Assembly: GCA_964016885.1 (NCBI GenBank)
Contig: OZ024752.1
Coordinates: 2,728,001-2,792,000 of the forward strand
DNA from: Eledone cirrhosa
Taxonomy: Eukaryota
Direction: 5' to 3'
DNA: 64,000 nucleotides
The first letter of the stretch is position 1; every line of letters starts with the position of its first letter. The translations under genes and the position numbers were made by a program. Shown one piece after another: positions 55,383 through 64,000 of the stretch. The notes beneath the pieces are model-generated. The model had not been told where the DNA came from. It worked only from the letters and a program-made list of their open reading frames with translations, and did no database searches.

Positions 55383-55487
55383 TCCAACCGCTTGCTACTG
55401 CCTGACTTGAAAACAGTCGAGAATATATAGTTTTCTCGTCTGTGTAAATGAGGTGATTAGTCTCGTTTGCATATGAAGCTGCATATG

Positions 55488-55573
<86 letters not shown>

Positions 55574-56304
55574 GAAGAAAGTTTGTTGATTGAAAATCTG
55601 CCTACTTTTTCTTAACAGATGTAAAGCACTCCATGGCTTTAATTCATCGGGAGTTTTATTATAATAAACAAGAAATAGGGTTTTATTTTATTATACGTAT
55701 TTGAAAGACGTAAGGCAGTTGTATAATAACTGCCATACGTGATCTCTTCAGTCAAATATCCAAACGAGATGTAGATATCCATTGACATGTTATCGGACAT
55801 ACGTGTTATTCACCTCACCGACCCGTAAGCATATGTCCAAAATTCTCAAGTAAGAGTTCTTATATGTGCGCGAGATAGTTGCTCTATTTGGCGTTGCTGC
55901 ATGTGAACTGACTAGGGTATCAAGTTATCAGATTTGTCGGTTGATTCGCTGTAAGGCATGTAGGAACTGTTAGCCTATTGTTTTATTTTTTTTAGATATG
56001 TATTGCTATATATTTTTATTTCTGGACTAGATTCTATTCACTTAGATATTAATTATAATTATATATATTTGTAATTTGATGCTGATGTCATAACCATATA
56101 CTTTACGGAATGTCTAATTTATTTTGTGTAAACAAGAATTAATGGTTTCAGAGCGTTTAATTATAATTTTTTGCCTACTGTTTATGTGTAAAGTGTCAGT
56201 AGCATAGAGGTCCCATCCCCTAGATATAGATCCATTTATATATGGAAAAGCATGAGAATGTTTTCACCAAGAAAGGTAGTATTCCACTTGTTTATTTTTG
56301 ATAA

Positions 56305-57013
56305 CAGTTTGCATTTGAATTATTTTTACTTAAAAAAAGTGGCTCAAGAAGGCTTTTATTTAAAATGTAATTTGATTGGTTATAAATGAAATTATGACTG
56401 TCACGTGAACAAGTTCATTTAATTTCGCCCCCTTATTTGGGAATTTCTGATTCAGTAAATATGGCTGGTTCGCTGGGGGGTGTCAGAATTCAGACTTTCT
56501 ATTGTAATAAAGAAAGTAGAGATATGTATGTTTATTTGTGTGCTTGGGTGTGTGTGTGTGTGTGTAGGAAAACACACACACACAAAATATATATATTCCC
56601 ATCTTAACGTGCTAACCATACTCCCATACACACATACAAAGCCCATACACACACACACAACTCCCTCCCCCATTTCTGCTAATAGAACCATCTCCGTACA
56701 CACACACAAATAAACTCTACTTTATTTATTTCAATAGAAAGTCTGAATTCTGACACCCCAGTGAACCAGCCATATTCATTGAACCAGAACAATTCTTCCC
56801 ATCCCATTTCTCTTGGCCATTATCTTTTGTTTGGCACAACATTCTCTAAAAGGCTAAGGCTACAAAATAAATTCCAAAATACGGCCGCGATTTAATGAAC
56901 TTGTTCATGTGAGATTCATAATTTCATTTATAACAAATCAAATTACATTTTAAATTAAAAAAAGTCTTCGTGAGCCACTTGTTTTAAGTAGAAAGAAAAT
57001 CAAACAGAAACTG
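56305..57013. mobile_element. Long foldback/MITE-like element
   Basis: Left arm ~56305-56545 is the reverse complement of right arm ~56700-57013 (e.g. GGGGTGTCAGAATTCAGACTTTCTATTG / CAATAGAAAGTCTGAATTCTGACACCCC); the right arm has an extra ~85 bp. Confidence 0.85.
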
Positions 57014-57445
57014 GCGCGAAAGCTGATGTGCTTATTCACGTGACTGCATCAACCAACCAAAATTCACTGATATATGAAAAATCAACCTGAGCCCCCCCCC
57101 CCCCTGTTTGAAGAATTTATAACGCAAACTAGCGCGAAATTTATTATACTTATTCACCAACCAATCAAATTACTTCTCTAAAATCCTGGCATTTCGTGCA
57201 ACTTTTTTCCACATAAAACAAGTAACATTCAAAGACCAACCAGATGTGAGAAAAACGACAAACCCTCCATCTCAACTCTACTCTTGAAAATCAGAAGAAC
57301 TGCGAAACCGGTAAAGGAACCAAATAAATATACATTTTTTTTTTTTAAAAGACTCCAGTTGCATTCTCAATTTCATCTTTTGTCCTTCTACTTTCACTCG
57401 TGTAGGACACCTCAGTTATTTTTCATTTTGTAAAAAAAAACTCAC

Positions 57446-57836
<391 letters not shown>

Positions 57837-57863
57837 CACATATATATATATATATATATACAC

Positions 57864-57940
<77 letters not shown>

Positions 57941-58326
57941 CATATTTATATATATATATATATATATGGAGAGAGAGAGATAGAAATAGATTGATTGATA
58001 TTCATATATATTGATAGAGATACGTTAGATATGTATATATCAGGATGTAGGTGTATATCTCTTTCTGTCTCTCTCTCGTTAGAGAGCGAGAGAGAGGGAG
58101 GGAGAGAGAGATAGAGAACGAGGGAGAAAAAATGGAGAGAGTGAATGAGTGAGACACTGGTGGAGGATTCATTCAATTCTTTTCAAAATCTGAAATATTG
58201 ATTGTAGGATTAACTTCTGTTAGCTGTTAGCCAACACTATTCTACGTTTGAGGAAGCAAGTCTGCGAGTTTACATTATTGGGTTTCATCACAGTAGGTAG
58301 TCCCTAACTTGATTCACCTACTAACT

Positions 58327-58520
58327 AATTGTTTCTACTTTTGGCACAAGGCCAGCAATTATTTCATTGTATTACTGGTACTTTATTTTATCGACCCCGT
58401 AAGGATGAAAGGCAAAGTTAACCTCGGCGGGATATGAGCTCAGATCATAAAATGCTGTAACTCTATGCTGCAATAGATGTTGTTCGATAATCTACCAATA
58501 CTGCCAATTCACTACCCTTA
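58327..58520 (-). mobile_element. SINE family A
   Basis: Matches 2761-2946 with moderate divergence; more diverged + copies at ~58650-58800 and ~59137-59300. Confidence 0.85.
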
Positions 58521-59445
58521 CGTACTAAATAATGATAAAACCTAATTCATTAGAATTTTAACCATTAACCATCTGCTGTTGGTATCTTTAGAATTAACCA
58601 CAATTTTATAACTTATGTATACAACCTTAGTAGTAGTATTATATTATAATGAATTGCTTCAGACACCATGCTTTACATTCTGAGTTCAAATCCTGCCGTG
58701 ATTAACATTGCTTTTCCTCCTTATTGGGTTGATAAAATAAAGCATCACTAATCCACTGGGATCAATTAAATTGATTTTCCCGTCCCTTTAAAAGTTTAAA
58801 CAATTATATTATAAAGAATTAATCTAATTTGGATATGCCTCCTCAGCTGTTTTATTAACATTACATGTGCCAAGTTAGTTGAAAGTTTCGTGAAAGCAAG
58901 CGTTGACAGAGACTGAAGAACTGAAGCCAAGACCACCTATTAGAAATGTTTGGAGTCATTCTCGATATTTGCTCGCTCAATACACAATATTAACTAAGCT
59001 CTATTATTTTCTTAATCGCTGTATTTAAATTAAAAGTCGATATTTCAAGTATTGGAGGCATTTTAAAACCATGATCAAAATGGGTCATCAACGACGACTC
59101 TAATTTATATTTTCTGGCAGTATTCTACATTATATAGGCGGGGAATTGGCAGAGTCGTTAGAACATCTGATAGAATGCTCTTTGTTATTCGTTCCGACTC
59201 TCTGCTCTCTGAATTCAAATCCCCACTATGTCAACTTTTCATTTCATCCTTGCAAAATCGATGAAAAAAACTACCAGTTTATACTGAGTTCGATTCCTCA
59301 TCTATATCCCTTTGTCATTTAATATCACTCATTATCATTCTCTGGACGAAATCTGCTGTACTCAAGCGTGGAGATGGATGGTATCCGCCAAGCTTAAAAT
59401 GCCCAAGAAACACCGTATGTCAATACGGTGCCTCTACTACTCTAC

Positions 59446-59518
59446 CAGGAGACTTATTGTTTAAGATGTACCATATATACATTGTACATATGGTACACCT
59501 TAAACAATAAGTCTTCTG
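59446..59518. repeat. 73-bp near-perfect palindrome
   Basis: 36-bp arms around a 1-nt centre, 3 mismatches. Confidence 0.9.
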
Positions 59519-60503
59519 TTTGTGTTTGTTAGATTTTTTGTTGTTTTTTTCAGTTCTGTATGAGACATATTTAATATTTGTATTGTTTTGCGCGAAGAAG
59601 TAGAGGATCTCTGTCAATTTTCCATAATTTCCCTATACCCCAATTTCAACGAATTCTCCGGGAATCTCTAACGCGTAGATGTGGATATGTTACATGAAAA
59701 TGTTATCACGTTAATGCATATATACACTTCAGAGCATACAAAATAAATATATGTTTATATCTCTCGCGTTGTCTGATTCAACGGCATAGTTATAAGGCTG
59801 AAAGCGATGTAGTCAATTTAAAATATTAATAATTCAGAAATAATTACCAAAATTTCATTTTCCTGAATTTAATTTCATTTTAATACATTTCTTTTACATC
59901 TGCCCACGCTTTCACACTTCGGAACATTATTATCTTCCCATAGAGAAAAATAATAAAGCAAAAATGTTTATATAATGCTAAAGTCATTTTGAGAATTTCA
60001 AATCTTATATTACATTATAAATCAGAAATTAACAATTAGGATGTGTTTTAATAGCTGTTTTATTTGTTATATTTATTCTTATGTTATAATCACATTGTGC
60101 TATTCCATAGGGGTGTGGTGGGGTTGCAGGCTTTCGGGTTCAGATCAACATAGCATAACCAAATAAAAGTGCGATCGAAGATAACAGAAATATTTTGATT
60201 CCCAAAATCCATGGCTTTGTTCCTTCGTATTACGATGTAAGCATACGGCTAGTGCATGGACGCTGAGAGTTTCGTAAGTATATGGTATTGCTACCAATAG
60301 ACATTGACTGATCGGTGTTGGTTATAATTATAATCTGAAAAACATATATACAAATATATCCGAAATTGTCCATAAATTGATGATCATACGTAAACGACGT
60401 ACAAATATGAAACCACAACCTGTGCAAATAACCAGCTAAAATTAACTAACAAATTGCCTATAAACACACATACAGGCAAACACACACACTTGCACGCCCC
60501 CCC

Positions 60504-60760
<257 letters not shown>

Positions 60761-61269
60761 TGTGTGCGTATATATTCATTTATTATTACTAAGTTATAAG
60801 CCTTATTATTATGGAGTTTCACCTGCGCACTCACAGATACATCGTAAATGATAATCCAGTGAGTAAGTAGTTTAATTCCCTAAGGAACAAGGCTCGCCAC
60901 TTAGCCACATGAATGAATATGTACATTTATTCGATGTTTAGCACTATTCTCATGTCCGTAAATAATTCGATGTTGCCACAAATACATGCATCAGTATAAC
61001 TATGTTTGGTTGTGTACACTGTAAGTATGTAAATATGTTATTAGTATGTACATTCTCTTTGATATGTGGTGGCTCATTGTTGTAGCGAAATATGTTTTTA
61101 AATCCGACCAATATCTTTCGAGCAACGAATTCTATGCAACGTTGAAATTTGTATTGCAGTCAACTACAAATATGCATAATTATAATTATTTTACAAGAGA
61201 GGAATTATATGTTTATTGCATTTAAATTCAATTTTTTCAAATTGATTTATTTCGTATTGCCATATTACA

Positions 61270-61440
61270 TAATTGTTTCTACTTTTGGAACAAACACATC
61301 AATTTAATCAGTGTATTACTGGTACTTTATTTTGTCGACCACGTAAGGATGAAAGGCAAAGTTAACCTTGGCGGGATTTGAAATCAGACCAGAAATGGCC
61401 GTAACTCTTTGCTGCAAAACATGGCCAATCCACGGCCCCA
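61270..61440 (-). mobile_element. SINE family A, diverged
   Basis: AATTGTTTCTACTTTTGG...GTAAGGATGAAAGGCAAAGTTAACC...GGGATTTGAA. Confidence 0.8.
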
Positions 61441-61888
61441 TGCCATATTTCGTAATATCGTTAAGACACATCATTCTTTACGCTTTATGTTTAATTAGGT
61501 TTTTTCGGTAGAATTATCAGTAAAAGGTGGAGCTATAAATTGAGAAGAGAAGACTCATGTTACGAATCAGTTAACCGTAATTATACGTTCTCGCGTATTA
61601 AAGAAGAAATGTACGTATTGGCCGGGCAGCTTCCTTCTAACTTATTACATAATATGTTCATTTATTTACAAAATAATTGGACGTTGTTTTGACGGGGAAG
61701 TTACTCTATATACCTTATGATATATTCAGTAACGATTCAATTCTCGCTTTCTCTCTCTCTTTCTCTCTCTCTATATATATATCTCTCTCTCTCTATATAT
61801 ATACACACACACATATATATTTATATATATATATGTATATATATATGTATATATATGGTGTGTGTATATATGTATATATATATATATG

Positions 61889-61940
<52 letters not shown>

Positions 61941-62057
61941 CATTCCCACTAAGCGTGAAACTAATATTAGTTGTAACATTTACACCTGCATTTGTCTGTT
62001 TTTTTTGTTTTCTGATATTCCGAACTGTATTATATATACACATACAAATATATACAT

Positions 62058-62118
<61 letters not shown>

Positions 62119-62158
62119 AAGGTATTCATATATATATATATATATATATATATAAATG

Positions 62159-62226
<68 letters not shown>

Positions 62227-62308
62227 TATTCATATATATAGGTATTCATATATATAGGTATTCATATAGGTACATATAAATATATATATATATATATATA
62301 TAAAGGTA

Positions 62309-62352
<44 letters not shown>

Positions 62353-64000
62353 TATTCATGTAGGTATATATATAGGTATATATATATATATATATACGTA
62401 CGTACATCCATCTATCCCTACATACATACTTACATACATAAATAGATGCATATACAAATACATATATGCATAAATACATTCACATATGCATGTATATACA
62501 CAATTGTGTACGTTTATGCGTATGTGTGTATGTTTATGATGAATGTGTTGTGTTTCTCCATCCCATGTATTTCTAGTATACGTAGTTAGGCATTTGATAT
62601 TCGGTTTGTGCATTGGTTGTCCTCTTTGTCATTGCATTGTGCCGCACTAAATATATCTAAATAAGTAGTGATGGAGTTTTAAATGAAACGCTCTCAAGAA
62701 AGCTGAGTTCGACTATAAATGGTAGAAGGCTAATTATATGTAAGGGTCGGGCAGAGCCTTATTAGCAGGATTCAAGTGGATAACGAGAGAAAATGATGAG
62801 ATGTACGATGCAGAGGTGGGAGGTAACGATCGAAGATGATATGAAATGGGTGGTGGTGAGTTTTAGAATGGAAAGAATTAATGTTTATATGGTAGTCAGT
62901 GGTGGGGTGTTAGTTGTTGGGTTATTGGTAGTTGTAGATTTAATGCTGATGTGGCAGTAGCGGATGTGGTGATCGTGATGTTCATGATGTTGTTTAATGT
63001 AGTGGTGTTTGAGCTGGTGGTGGGTATTGGCCCTTGTCGCAGTGAAGAGGGTTGTGTTTATATTGGTCACAGTTACATTGATGCTGATTCTGGTTATGGT
63101 GTCAGGTTGTTAATAATGATGGTGGCGATGGCGGGTAATAGAAATTAACCTTGGTATAGTGGTTGGCCTAGAGGCTGTAAGTGGTACTGTAGGTGTATAG
63201 ATGTTAATGGGGTTGGTGATGCGTTGGTAGGGATGGCGAGTGTTTTTGACGATGGACGTAGTGGTGGTGGTCATGGTGCTACTACTTGTATTGCTTGCAA
63301 TAATGGAGGTAGTATTGTTAATGGTATACTGTCCATAGCATCGGCAGTATTGGTGATATAGTAGTGATGGTGAATACTGAAAAGCTAATGAGAATAAAGA
63401 GAGACATGTACGTTCCTCTGTTCCTTTTGTATTACTCTGTGTATATGTTTGTGTGTGTATATGCATTGTAGATATCGTTGCATGTGTACTTGTATTTTGG
63501 CTTTGACATATTACATTGTCACATCTTAATTAACCAAAGAAGATATTTGAAAGAGGGAGAAAAACGGGAAAACTGGGAAATCCAGGATGCACTGTTAAAA
63601 TGAATTGGGATTGTGGTCTAATGACGTCATCATTAGCTATGTCTTTGGCAGGTTAGGGGAATCTGGCTGGGGGGTTGGAGTAACACTCGTGGAGAGAATC
63701 ACGTTTAGGGGATGTGATTTTGGCTGGGTGAGGCTAACAATTTTAAGAAATGGTGGGATGGGCAGTAATAGAGCTGTTCCTTCGCCCAGTAAGGCCATTG
63801 GAATGTTATGGCAGTCACTGGTGACTGATAGCTGAGATTTTCTCATATCCCATTTCAGTGCACGTCGCCTTCCTTCCTCTTCGGACAAAGCACGTGCTTA
63901 CATATGCATGCAAGCTTGAATAATATCTGAAACATGCCAAACTCGAATGCTCACAAACAAAGAAACAAACAAGTAAACAAACAAACCACAGCAAAAGTAT

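Noticed and set aside
63560-63900. GC-richer segment with an 83-aa minus ORF
   Set aside because: May be a LINE ORF1 relic related to 3050-3760, but there is no diagnostic motif; not supported as a gene.

Overview
AT-rich eukaryotic non-coding window with very long (TA)n/(CA)n tracts. The repeat families resemble those of a cephalopod (Octopus-like) genome, which is an inference. No intact protein-coding gene is supported. Contents: a heavily decayed class A GPCR pseudogene at the left edge; about 15 copies of one tRNA-derived SINE plus other SINE pieces; fragments of L1/Tx1, RTE, CR1 and several Penelope-like elements (PLEs); a solo LTR with a 4-bp TSD; and several foldback elements. The most notable signal is a set of hammerhead ribozyme (HHR) motifs at PLE-type ends and in short (TA)n-embedded elements. 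Three have a foldable core (52504-52615 +, with a compensatory U3:A8 core; 55330-55382 -; 35380-35437 -) and several more are degenerate. All calls are from manual reading; no searches were run.
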